Of a DNA stretch of 23,778 nt, positions 12,118-22,920 are shown piece by piece. The DNA comes from Chiloscyllium plagiosum (Eukaryota). How positions within the stretch are numbered: the stretch's first letter is position 1; the number at the start of each line of letters is the position of its first letter. The DNA is taken from the NCBI RefSeq assembly GCF_004010195.1, contig NC_057756.1, positions 3,478,129-3,501,906 of the forward strand. Reading direction: 5' to 3'. The notes beneath the pieces were generated by a model, which was not told the DNA's origin, searched no databases, and saw only the letters and a list, made by a program, of their open reading frames with translations. The position numbers and the translations under genes are program-made.

Positions 12118-12770
12118 GCATGACAATAAAGTAGGAAAGTTCATATGCTCTTCCTTTTTAATGAATAAGTTGAGAGACCTGAACACATTTGAGGAGAGCA
12201 GCCTGGGCACTGAGGTTGGTCGTTGTTTTATGTAGTTGTGCAGTTGTTATTCCAAGAGTGACGATGGGGGCCTAACCACTTAATTTTCATAAAACACGAA
12301 ACATTTTCAAGATTACAAAGTAAAACACAAATAAATTTGAACAGAATACACTGTAACTTAACCTATCCGAAAACCAAACAAATTATGCCAAATAAATGAT
12401 ATTGTTCCAATCACTTCCAACAATCCCCGTAAGAAAGCTTTGGCAGAAAGGATAAAGCCATAAACAGGTCTTACAGAAAAGAGAGATAACAGAGTCATTA
12501 CGCACGGAACACCTCCCTCCTTTTAGCTGGCTCGTGGATTCACATCAAACAACTGAGCGGCACCTCTGAAAGCCACAATGCTAAACGAGAACAAATTTGG
12601 GAAAAGCGGACCTGATAGAACTGGCAACTCCTATTTCATCCTGGAAATGTTTTGTTTTTATACTTAAAAGCTTCTAGTAGTTGATCACCGACATCTTGTA
12701 ACGCATGGCTTTTTGACAACTCTGAAAAAAAATAAAGATACCATTACCTTGTTAAAGGAGTGCCATTTCA
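12118..12770. mobile_element. Probable solo LTR inserted in L
   Basis: ~650 bp non-coding block bounded roughly by TG...CA, resembling shark LTR-type repeats from memory; no internal domain. Confidence 0.4.
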
Positions 12771-12984
12771 GACTTCACGCTCTATCAAGACAGTGAAGAG
12801 AGAAATAATTTGCTGGCAGATCAATATTTATTTTGGTGAACCCATCAATTTTGTTTTGCTTTACAAATGTAAGCAAACTGTTCAAGAGGCAATGAGCTCG
12901 TTACAAATATCCACAATCAATGCACAGAGATCTCAGTTTGCGTGTAACTACTTTACTTGAACAAACTGCACAAAAATAATTACC

Positions 12985-13040
12985 TGTTGTGTATGTTGTG
13001 TATGTAGATGTGTGCGCACATTTACTTGTGTGTGTGTGGA
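12985..13040. repeat. Degenerate (TG)n microsatellite
   Basis: tgttgtgtatgttgtgtatg...tgtgtgtgtgtg. Confidence 0.6.
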
Positions 13041-13099
13041 TGTTGAAGTGGCTCTTCAAATTAGCCTTCTTTTATATTAGTTCATTGTCTCAGTGGTAG

Positions 13100-13650
13100 A
13101 CAGTAACTGAGGTGCAGAGAAAGAAAGTCTCCAGGAGATACATGGAAATAGATTTAAATTGAATGTAAAGGAAAATTAGGACGAGAAGTGGAACCATGAT
13201 TCATGATCGGGCACACATAGCATGAGATTGTTAAGTACCGAATGAAGTAACTGTCGAAAGGAAAATAATACAAGTTCAATGAAATAATTCACACTGAATA
13301 GTGTCCTTTAACAATAATGTGCACTGCTGAAATGCATTAAGGTTCTCAGACAGCATCTAACAAAGCCTCAAAATAAAATCCATCTAGAATTTCAAGATGA
13401 GCAGATACATGGGACCACACTCACTGCAAGTTCACCTCCGTGTCACTCACCATCCTGATTTGGATATATCACTGTTCACTGTCATTGGTTGAACAAGAAT
13501 TGCCACCTTTGCAGCATTGAGGGTCAAATTACATCACCTGGATTGGAGTAGCACAATTTTACAGCTGACCACCAGCTTTTTAAGTGCAATTTCGAGCAGG
13601 CCGTAAATACCAGATAGTCAGTGACACCCGTTTCAATGAATGATGGATTT
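13100..13650 (+). mobile_element. Two degenerate LINE 3' fragments
   Basis: CR1-like 3' coding remnant (~13100-13330), then ctgcaagttcacctcc...ctcaccatcctgatttgg...aatgaatga LINE tail (~13345-13650). Confidence 0.6.
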
Positions 13651-13785
13651 TTTCAGTTTAAATCCAACAGATACAATAACAAATTTTATTTTTTCACAAT
13701 TGTGGTAACGTACGAATGATATATCTTATTAATCAAACGCGATAACTTACGAATTATTACTCAGGGAGCAGGGACATGAGCTCAT

Positions 13786-14129
13786 AGAGTCATAGAGTCA
13801 CAGCGTCTTATAGCAAGGGGACGCACAAACTATTCCATCTCAACCAAAATTGCCCATGCACGCTAACCACATTTCCCTACACTTGGCCGTGTCCGTCTAA
13901 TCAATCCTTATCCATGTTTTTGTCCAGATGACTTTTAAATGTTGTTAACGTACCCACCACTACCACTTTCACTGTCAAGTCATTCCATGTGCATACCACC
14001 CTCTGTGTAAAAAAAGTTGCCCTCAGGTTCCCTTTAATGTCTTATTATTTAACGTTAAACTGATGTCCAGTAGTCCTCGATCTCCCAAACTTGACAAAAA
14101 GGCTAAGTGTGTTCACCCTTTCCTTGCCT
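13786..14129 (-). mobile_element. CR1 3' fragment inserted between RdRp motifs D and E
   Basis: (catagagt)n reverse tail; CTCAT at both junctions (13781-13785, 14130-14134). Confidence 0.85.
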
Positions 14130-15809
14130 CTCATGACAGTTTTGTTTTGGTATGTCTGTTAGGAAGTTTCATAACTCAATAACTCACGTTGCAAAGATAA
14201 GGTCAACCAATCTTTAATATTACTGAAAGCTATCCAGTTGTCCAACAGCGTAGAGTGCGTTTTCTCATCACCTTCATATTGATGTAAATTACTTGCTTCT
14301 GCGTCTTTGAACAATGGTTGAATTAAGGCTGCCATAACTCTTTTTTTCTTTATCCGAGTTGTGAGTTTACAACAGTGATAAATGTTCCAAAGTACGTATT
14401 TGGAAGTTGCTTATCGATCATAAATTGCCTAATGCTATGCTGCCCATCAAACCGAAAAAAAAAATGGATGTTTACAATTCTGTTGTTACCCACAGAAAAC
14501 GAGAATTTAAAGGATGGTATGTTTGTTAAAAATACTTTATCCATCCATTTGGATTTTAGTTTGATTTGAAAATGGAAATATGTTGACACTTTCATCTTGT
14601 TCTGTTTGATAAATTCCATTTTTGAACACAATTAATCCATTTATATACAACATTTACCTGTCGTCATTGAATGCAATTTTTCTTGGTTTTCTTTAATTTT
14701 ATTTTGCTCTATACCATTAATCGAACGTTGTTTCTCCAGGGCATGCATTCTCAAATTGTGAACATTGCAATTCCATGTTTGTTAATGATGTAAATTGTAT
14801 TTTGGAAAACAGATATACATTCGCTACAATTAATTTAAAAGCAATGGCGGGTGAAAAACCACAAGGATTTTTTTTTATCATTCTTCACATATATCGGAAA
14901 TGAAGGTTCGCAAACGTGTTGTGAGCCTGTCACTTGCTCAGTGCTTATAGTGGATCTGCATGCCATGTTTTACATGGTTAAATTCAGACGGCACATTGTT
15001 GATTTTACCATTGATGATCGAGCAGTGTGTACTCTTGAATGTACAATAGAGACAACAATAGCCATATCGAACACTTTTAATTAGTGTGTGGGTGTAGCAA
15101 CTTCACATGCTGCACATTGAGATACTATGTAGCAATACATCAATCTTGCAAAATAAATAGAACGATGATCCATTCCATTGCAGTGATACATATTCAGACA
15201 TTGACATGTGTCAACATTAGACAATTTAGTTTCACACAGAGCTATTTCACATGTATTTAGCAAGTTTCATTGGGAAGAAAATAACTTCGGGAGTGCAGAG
15301 ATCGTAACAGTACAGCTGTATCACATGATATTTATCCTGCAACTTTATGCACGCAGCTAATTCATAAAGTTGAATTTACGTCATAGGACTGGAATTACTA
15401 GAGTCAAAATGATCTCCTTTTTGATGTGTACATAACCTTAAATGTTGGAGCAATAAACAGATACTTATAGAGAAGAAACATAAATGATTTACAGTTAATC
15501 ATTATAGTCAACTTGAAATGCTGCCCACTGCCATGTTTTCAGTAAAACGTGGCAGGGAAATTCAGTGTCTGAAATGTTTCAGAGATTGTCTTTTATCAAA
15601 ATAACTTACCTTTCTTCAATGATAATGCAATGGTGAGAATCAGAAATAATATTTGCTGCCTCAGATCTATTAAGCAGCAGGTCTGTGAAAACGAACAGAC
15701 GATTCCAGATATTGGTGACAAATTCACCAGTGAGGAAGCATTAATAAGCTGGTCAGATGTGCAAATACCTGACACATTCATTACAATGGGCAAAATACAA
15801 ACGCCCAAA

Positions 15810-16600
15810 GGTGCAACTTTGAGGGGAACACAGGAGCAGATATCCTAGGGATTGGTGTGCATGATTTCTCAATTGAGGAAGCCAGAAGATCACAATAGAT
15901 TTATGCACCTCCAGTTCTAAATCATGAGAAGGTTATTGTTAAAACAATTGTTAAGAAGCTTTTGGGATAATTTCATCAATAAATACAGATACATACTATG
16001 AAAGAAAGTGATGCGACAACTCTTCACATCATTGGCCAGAACACATTTGGAGTGGAATGTCCAGATTTGGGCAATTTATTCAGTAACGAATGTTGAGGGT
16101 TAGGATAAATTGCAAAGGTGCCAGGACAGGGATTGTCGACACCAGGAACGGAAAGAGAAGGTCGACATTTTGTCATTGGAAAAAATTGTGCCCTCATTGA
16201 GGTGTTAAGATTAAAGAACAATTTGTCAATATGCTGAAGGCACACCGTTTCTATTCGATGGCGTGCTAGTATCCGGAAGTTACAATATTACGATTGTCAG
16301 CAAGACAGATGGCAGTTAATTTGAGCAAAATCAACTTTGCTCAGAATGTCAAAGGATATACATGTTATTCTATGATGAAAGCGTTCTAAGAAGTTATGAA
16401 TCGAGAGGAGATAATAGCACTCTCAGTGCAAGAAAGCAGAGGTCTTTCATTATGAAATAACAGTTCACCCCACTGTCTTCACTTTCCTCTGTCGACTCTC
16501 AAATGATTTAGACTGTAAATGAACATACAGGAGAGACAGAAAGAGACATTCAGAGAGACAGTGAGATTGAGAGAGAAAGATTGAGATAGTGCGAGATAAT
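15810..16600 (+). mobile_element. Degenerate CR1 fragment plus GA-rich tract inserted in L
   Basis: Decayed DLGV.V...RP.LE.C.QFW-like sequence; GA-rich repeat at 16530-16596. Confidence 0.55.
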
Positions 16601-18229
16601 TTCTAGCAACATATTTCAAACTTCTGTTATGATTTCACATTCCAACAAATTTTAATCAACCACTCGCTTCACATAACATTCTTGTAGAAAAAATACAGCA
16701 TTTATATTTTTGGTCCAGAGCTGTTGAAATGCATTATCATCTATCGTTTTCCGGCAAGATCTCACAAAAATGTCGCGAACAAAATCAATCTATGATTCAA
16801 AATGAACTTTCTAGATATTCAGTCATTCTTTTAACTGACAGTGCTCCACGACTACGGTTTTGTATTTCAGTTACAATGACATCATCCATGCAAATCATCC
16901 TGTCGACAATCAGGGGAAATGTATTTGGAAATACATTTCTTCCATGATACTTTGTCCCCTGTATTGCTAGCTTTAGGATATTGTGGTAAAGAGACGAACG
17001 AATGTAGAGATTCGCTAATGAAGCAAACACGAAATATGGTATATTTCCATGCTATGGAAAATGTGTTTTGAAGATAACTACTTCTTTGTGCCCTTGATGT
17101 CCTTTGTATCCTCGTTCTTTCATTTGCATTTTGAAGTTACATGTTGCCAGAATGTTTCTTTTAATTCTATTCCACATCCCAGCATGTATATCTTAATGTT
17201 TCAAGCATTACTCTGAATTATTCCTGCAACATAAGATACACAGGTTACTTGAACATTCTGAATCAGATCATTGGAATTAGTATTGTTGCCATGCCAATTG
17301 TTTCTGAAGAATGCAAGCTTTGCAGGTAAGATATTTTGCTTCTCTGGTTCCATCATAATTATAAAACTTATCAAAGTGATAAGGCATTTACAAGAAGAAA
17401 AAGTCCACATCTCCCTTTGCATTTTCGCAAACCCATCTGCTGTTGGAGTTTGTATCCCAATGTGCAATAATATCTTGAAAACATCAAAAACACACACACA
17501 CATAAGCTGGGTAACCATACCGAACTCCGTGAATTCTCATTAATGTTTTGTATGAATATTCAGCATACTCAAAATTAACTTAGATTTGTATGTCTCCATA
17601 ATTAAAGGAATCTGAAGAGAAGAAAAGTGTTTAGTACAAGTAACAATCACTTCGATTCGCAAGAAAGTAAATTAATAATGAAAAGCTAATCAATCACACC
17701 TGATTTCAAAACTATACTTTATTAATCGAAGGACCATGAAATGATTTAGGATTCACACAGCAGTCAAAAAATAAAACTGATCAATACAGAGACTATGAAA
17801 AAGATTAACTGGAACGAAGACGTTTCATTTGGATACTCGTTTTGTGGGAACTGATCGTATAAATTTCCAAGAAGATATTTTGACCACAAATTATATATCT
17901 CAGAGTAGAGATGGATATGGTCCGAGGAATTTTGTGTGGATTCTTTGTCAGTTTTGATATTCTGTGGAATCTGGCACAGTTCATAAAGCCTGGAGTTTAT
18001 CTAATGGAAACCCATTATTGAAACAATGTTTGTAAAGCGATTAAAAGAAGATACAGAATTGGTTAGCAGGATATCAGCACCTAAGAGAATACTAAATACA
18101 ATAATTTCAGCCGGATTTCCCATTTGTGAAATCCGGGTAATTTCTTGCTAAACTCTCACTGTATTACAAGTGCTGTGAAAACAATCTGTTCAAATTAACC
18201 TTAACTGTCCGAAATAATAAGAGCAACTA

Positions 18230-18810
18230 TTTATGTTTGTATTTCATGGACTGTGAGAAGACGTTTGTTTTGCATGTAGAACATAAACACATGAGATTGG
18301 ACGTAGTACAGAGAGGTGGGTCAAAAGTTTGTCACAGAATGACAAGAGTTAATGTTTAAATTTCGAATGACAGACCTTGACCAATGGTGTGCCATGGTAC
18401 TTGGACCCAAGCTCTTCATTATTCATGTTAATATTCATTAGTATCCAAAATCTAAAACTCAGCAAGTCTGGCAACAGCATTGGACTCAAAATTAGAGTTA
18501 ATATTTCTGGCCAAGTTAACCTTCGTCAGCAGAGATTTGAAAATTATTTGTTAAAGTCATAGTATCGTCACGTGTAAAAAGAAATTCTCAGATTATTACA
18601 TGAATTGCGATTGATTGAGACTGTGGTAGTTTTAGTGTGACTTGGTGCTCTTGTGCACCGGACATAAAAAAGCAAGTGATGCAGTCGCAACGGCGTCTCA
18701 AATAATCACATAGAGCATTGGCTTTCAGCGGAATAGCAATTAATTACAGGAAGATATAAAGCATTCCAAGTGCTCTGGTATTTAACCGACGCAAATAAAC
18801 TTAAGAATTG
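18230..18810 (+). mobile_element. Degenerate CR1 RT fragment with nested short element, inserted in L
   Basis: Decayed YMD..K.F, TNGVP..LGP.LF and DLG.LVHR sequences; short element at ~18440-18535. Confidence 0.6.
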
Positions 18811-20545
18811 TAAGAGCCACCGATATCCTGCTAACCAATCTATGTCGCCTTTGTTTTCTCTAATTGCAATAGCCTTTTTTGAAACAACAGTTGGAACGCT
18901 GGAGAGGGTTTTCAAACAGGAGCCTATCTTTACCAGCACATTTCGATTTTTAGTTAGAGCATCTTTAACACACCTGTGGGAGTGGAGAGGCGCTGATACG
19001 GATCTGGCTTTCATATGGAACCTTGTTGCTTTCTTTCAAACAGCTTGGGTCGTGGAAAAGGTTGTGTCATTCTACCATAACCAATAAACCTCATGCTATT
19101 TATCCAAACCACGTTACAATAGGAATGCAAAATTGACATCAGTGTTTGTTGCATTTTCTTTAAATGAAACATCATGTTCTCTTACTAACGGGCAAATTCA
19201 TGATCAACCATATTTGCATTCATCCTTTATGATGTTTTCCAGACTCCCTATCACCTGTCTTTGGCTTTTGCAATCTATCCTATTTACGAATTTTGATTAC
19301 TGACAATTTTGTCACTATTTAGACAAGTGACAGCTGAATCGCATTTTTGTTTATTAATAATGAATTTCAGAGTCGCTCGTGCAATTAACAATTCTTCCTG
19401 ACCTGACGAAAGTAGATTAACCAGGTTGCTTTTTTCCCCCAATTTTTTAATAAGATATGCCACATCAGCTCTAGTAAACATTACTTACAAAATTTAATAT
19501 AGTTGGAGTTAATGGTATGATTATGTGACAAATCTAATAATAAAAGCAGCATTTTCTTATTACCCAAATGGGAAAGGTCAAATCATCCCATTCTCTGCCG
19601 AGCAGCTTTTTTGGAAAACGTCTTCTGCTTTGCACTGGGAAAGTTGGTTTAAAACTGAAAATTATATCAGGATAAACTTTATTGTCATAAGATTAAATCT
19701 ATCTATATAGCAGCTATTCAATTCAAGCATTTTTGAAGGCTCCATCAAGTCATTGAAAGAAGTTTTTCTGGACATTTGAGGATATTCACTTAGTTCGAAT
19801 CGACAAATATTTACTGCCTTGGGATGATAGTCAGTCTATTTCAAAATTATATCTGCCATTTTTCTTTATCATTTGTCACTTGGTATTGTTACGTGGATAT
19901 CCTGTGCACACTTTTATTTTGTTGTACTCGTCTTTGTGTTGATGAAGAGAAAATTCCTGTGAGGGTGTTTTTCGAAACTAGACTCTGTATCCAAGTCTGA
20001 CTGCTGCTGAATGTTAAAGAAATATTTCAGTGTCATATATATTCGACGTACTATTGTTTGTGTAAATATAGGTTTCTCGTATAATAAGAAATTCTAAATA
20101 TTTTATGGCTTCATCCAAGGTGCGTCAATCTTTCCCTTCCCAATTCCATTTTAAAAGAATAAATTTCAAATCAGACAATTTTGTACTTTGCTGTCTTATA
20201 AGATTTTATCTGTCTGCATTCTACCCTTATATCACAGAGTAAGAAACAGATTCTTGTTGGTCTTTAAAGGTCATGGTTTGAGCAATTTGGCCAAAGGTAA
20301 AAGTTCATTCCAACATTTAGTGTCAGTATGAAAAAAAAAGACAAACAGCCATTACTTTACAATTAAGCATAGGTATACAACGATCTCCATATCTGGATTG
20401 ATATACCAATCTGGAGTGGATCTGATAGGTGAATTTGCAGTGGGGTTTAGAATAATGAGGAGTCACTCATGGGATCTTGGAATATTACAATAAGACAAGA
20501 TAGACCCAGGGAAATGCATTCTTTCCAAGTGTTCTGCTGAGTGTT

Positions 20546-20755
20546 GGGCGGCACGGTGGGCGGCACGGTGGCACAGTGGTTAGCACTGCTGCCTCGCAGC
20601 GCCAGAGACCTGGGTTCAATTCCCGACTCAGGTTACTGANNNNNNNNNNNNNNNNNNNNNNNNNNNNNTGGGTGGGTTGCGCTTCGGCGGGTCGGTGTGG
20701 ACTTGTTGGGCCGAAGGGCCTGTTTCCACACTGTAAGTAATCTAATCTAATCTAA
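20546..20755 (+). mobile_element. HE1-like SINE with duplicated head, spanning an assembly gap
   Basis: gggcggcacggt twice, A/B boxes, N-run at 20640-20668, (TAATC)n tail. Confidence 0.9.
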
Positions 20756-21095
20756 AGATACGGTGAATTCAGAAGGTTTTTCCAACATAAAGAATCCAAC
20801 ACCGACAGTCGAAGTATAATGTGACACGATGGGTAATTTAAGAGTGTTATTAGCGAAAGAAAATTCATCTATAGACTTGGGGAAGTATCTAACCCAAAAA
20901 GAGTGTGAAGTCAAGGTTTAGAAACTTTTAAATAGTTCGTTTCATATCATTATTTCAATATCAAGGGTCAAAATGTATGGTGAGAAAGTAAAGATAGTGC
21001 ACTGTCTTTGCTGTGCACACATGGTTACTATATATTACACTACAGGCTCAGTTAGCTGAATGGACTGCTCTCTCCACGATTTTCTGTGTTCACTT
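20756..21095 (+). mobile_element. Very degenerate CR1 3' end
   Basis: Colinear, decayed similarity to the CR1 3' end at 7490-7800. Confidence 0.45.
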
Positions 21096-21143
21096 GAATA
21101 TTGCTCAGCAGAGCACTTGGAAAGAATGCATTTCCCTGGGTCT

Positions 21144-21824
21144 ATGTCGTTATGTCTGAAAAGTACAATTTTGCAGAATGTCATTCTAATTAATAGGAAG
21201 ACACAAATAAAGAACTGACAATGAAATTTGGAAACAAGAAAAAAGTCGGACATAGAGAGAGAAACACAAAGATTGTTTGACAAAGGTGATGTGACCAACC
21301 ACACGTTGGTGGAGAATACAATTGAAAAAGTCAAACGATTCTAACTCGTATCTATCCTGACTGGTCATCTCCAACGTAGATTTTTCACCTCTCAATTCCC
21401 ACCTCGAGACAACTGTCTGCGTGGAGTTTGCACATTCTCCCTGTGTCTGCTTGGGTTTGCTCCGGTTTTCTCCCACAGTCTAAAGATATGCAGGTTAGGT
21501 GACTTGGTCATGCTAAAACTTCCCTTAGTATTATGTCTAGGGGAATGGGTCTGGGTGGGTTGATCTTCAGCGGGTTGGTGTGGATTTGTTGGGCCGAAGG
21601 GCCTGTTCCCACACTGTAACCAATCTAAACTTCCTTCCTTCTAATATGTCTTCCTCATTCATTCTCACTGGAAAGTGGCATTTTGAGTAATGTTGAGATT
21701 TGTAATCTTCGGATCATGCAATTTAAAGTACTTTCTAACTCCTTGTAATTTACTTCCAGAATCACTTCAACTTACTATGTCGTTTGTCATCATTTGTCGA
21801 CGAATTCACCTCTCAGCGAATGAA
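21144..21824. pseudogene. NP: Decayed arenavirus-like nucleoprotein N-terminal region; ~21290-21824 inverted and SINE-interrupted
   Basis: + strand MSL...KTQI/KELT/KKSDIERETQRLFDKGD vs MSL...WTQSLRRELS...K.QVVKDAQALLHGLD; - strand 21824-21630 FAE..IRRQMM...SD...ELESTLN...VRMNEEDIL; - strand 21390-21290 IYVG.MTSQD...R and NVWLV vs VYMGNL..QQL..R and RVWDV. Confidence 0.5.
21391..21628 (+). mobile_element. HE1-like SINE body lacking its head
   Basis: tcaattccc...gtggagtttgcacattctccc...gggccgaagggcctgtt. Confidence 0.88.
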
Positions 21825-21862
21825 GGGCAGCACGATGGCAGAGTGGTTAGCACCACTGCCTC
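21825..21862 (+). mobile_element. Isolated HE1-like SINE head
   Basis: gggcagcacgatggcagagtggttagcaccactgcctc. Confidence 0.8.
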
Positions 21863-22060
21863 TATCCATAATGTTTAACCTGCAGTAAAATGTTTCGTTT
21901 TCAAAGGCCAAATAAAATTCCAAAATGACTCAGTTAACAGAAAATACGAAAGGAAATTAATGGTCATATAAGATTAAAATCATAGGCTGACAAAGCTAAA
22001 AGAAATGGCAGTAATTATGTGGATTAGGAGATTCTGAAAATGCGAATCAGGAGCTGAAAT

Positions 22061-22290
22061 AAGACTCTGGTGCGGCCGTATCTGGAGTATTGTGTGCGGT
22101 TTTGGTCGTCATACTATAGGAAGGATGTGGAGGCACTGGAACGGGTGCAGAGGAGGTTTACCAGGATGTTGCCTGGTATGGTAGAAAGATCGTATGAGGA
22201 AAGGCTGAGGCAATTGGGGCTGTTTTCATTGGAGAAAACAAGGTTTGGGGGTGACTTGATAGAGGTGTACAAGATGATAAGGGGTTTAGA
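22061..22290 (+). mobile_element. Young CR1 RT 3' fragment; tail at 22718-22734
   Basis: RPYLEYCVRFWS..RKDVEALERVQRRFTRMLPG..GDLIEVYKMIRG; (atgttct)n tail; GAAATAA at both outer junctions. Confidence 0.92.
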
Positions 22291-22402
22291 TCACCTCCCT
22301 CCAAGGCCCCAAAGGAAACTTCCATATCCGCCACAGATTCACCTGCACCTCCACACATATCATCTGTTGCATCCTCTGCACCCGGTGTGGCCTCCTCTAT
22401 AT
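22291..22402 (+). mobile_element. Penelope-like element GIY-YIG endonuclease fragment
   Basis: QGPKGNFHIRHRFTCTSTHIICCILCTRCGLLYI matches the FTCTS.N.IY.I.C..C...YIG pattern. Confidence 0.8.
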
Positions 22403-22410
22403 ATTTTTTT

Positions 22411-22717
22411 TAGATTACATTACAGTGTGGAAACAGGCCCTTCGGCCCAACAAGTCCACACCGACCTGCCGAAGCGCAACCCACCCATACCCCTACATAT
22501 ACCCCTTACCTAACAATACCGGCAATTCAGCATGGGCCAATTCACCTGACCTGCACATCTTTGGACTGTGGGAGGAAACCGGAGCACCCGGAGGAAACCC
22601 ACGCAGACACGGGGAGAATGTGCAAACTCCACACAGTCAGTCGCCTGAAGCGGGAATTGAACCCGGGCCTCTGGCGCTGTGAGCCAACAATGCTAACCAC
22701 TGTGCCACTGTGCCACC
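22411..22717 (-). mobile_element. HE1-like SINE
   Basis: Reverse-complement copy closely similar to 4044-4355. Confidence 0.92.
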
Positions 22718-22800
22718 ATGTTCTATGTTCTATGAAATAATAAGAATATGAAAAATTGAACGATCAAATCGACATTAAGAATATATAATAAAATAAACAG

Positions 22801-22920
22801 TCATGATGAAGGGTATATGCCTGGAACGTCGACTCTTCCTTTCCACAGAGCTACCGACCTATTATGCTTCTCCCAAGCAACTCGGATCTCCAATACCTAT
22901 CGCCCTTACTTTGTCTTCCA
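22801..22920 (-). mobile_element. Short element with 10-bp target-site duplication
   Basis: AAATAAACAG at 22791-22800 and 22921-22930; same family as 3703-3787. Confidence 0.75.

Larger units (their letters stand above)
9844..20470 (-). pseudogene. L: Endogenous arenavirus-like L (RdRp) gene, near full length, fragmented by transposons
   Basis: Ordered motifs: endonuclease P*PLKTNKNLFLTL*YKGR (20276-20220) and KLSDLK; STCNTVR (~18170); MEPEKQNILP; MLETLRY..M (17208-17188); KKCISKYISP (~16940); SGICTSDQLINASSLVN...KKGKLF (15808-15596); premotif F (~14850-14720); MD..SK(W) (~14640-14615); FD-GQ (~14450); HNSDK (14363-14349); S*QTYQNKTV/ELMS (14165-13766). Non-TE pieces sum to about 6.9 kb. Confidence 0.8.

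Noticed and set aside
14600..14640. LIVFKNGIY resembling a D5 primase-helicase motif
   Set aside because: Overlaps RdRp motif A in another frame; no Walker motifs follow
17015..17055. MEIYHISCLLH as RdRp motif B
   Set aside because: Too close to the RY motif; the A-E series lies at 14650-13766
18770..19087. Plus-strand ORF or possible host exon (AFFETTVG...AFFQTAW)
   Set aside because: No recognisable family; best explained as the antisense shadow of the minus-strand L frame
19660..19680. YPDII as the endonuclease PD motif
   Set aside because: The site at 20276-20220 fits PD..E..R spacing and the following KL..LK helix better
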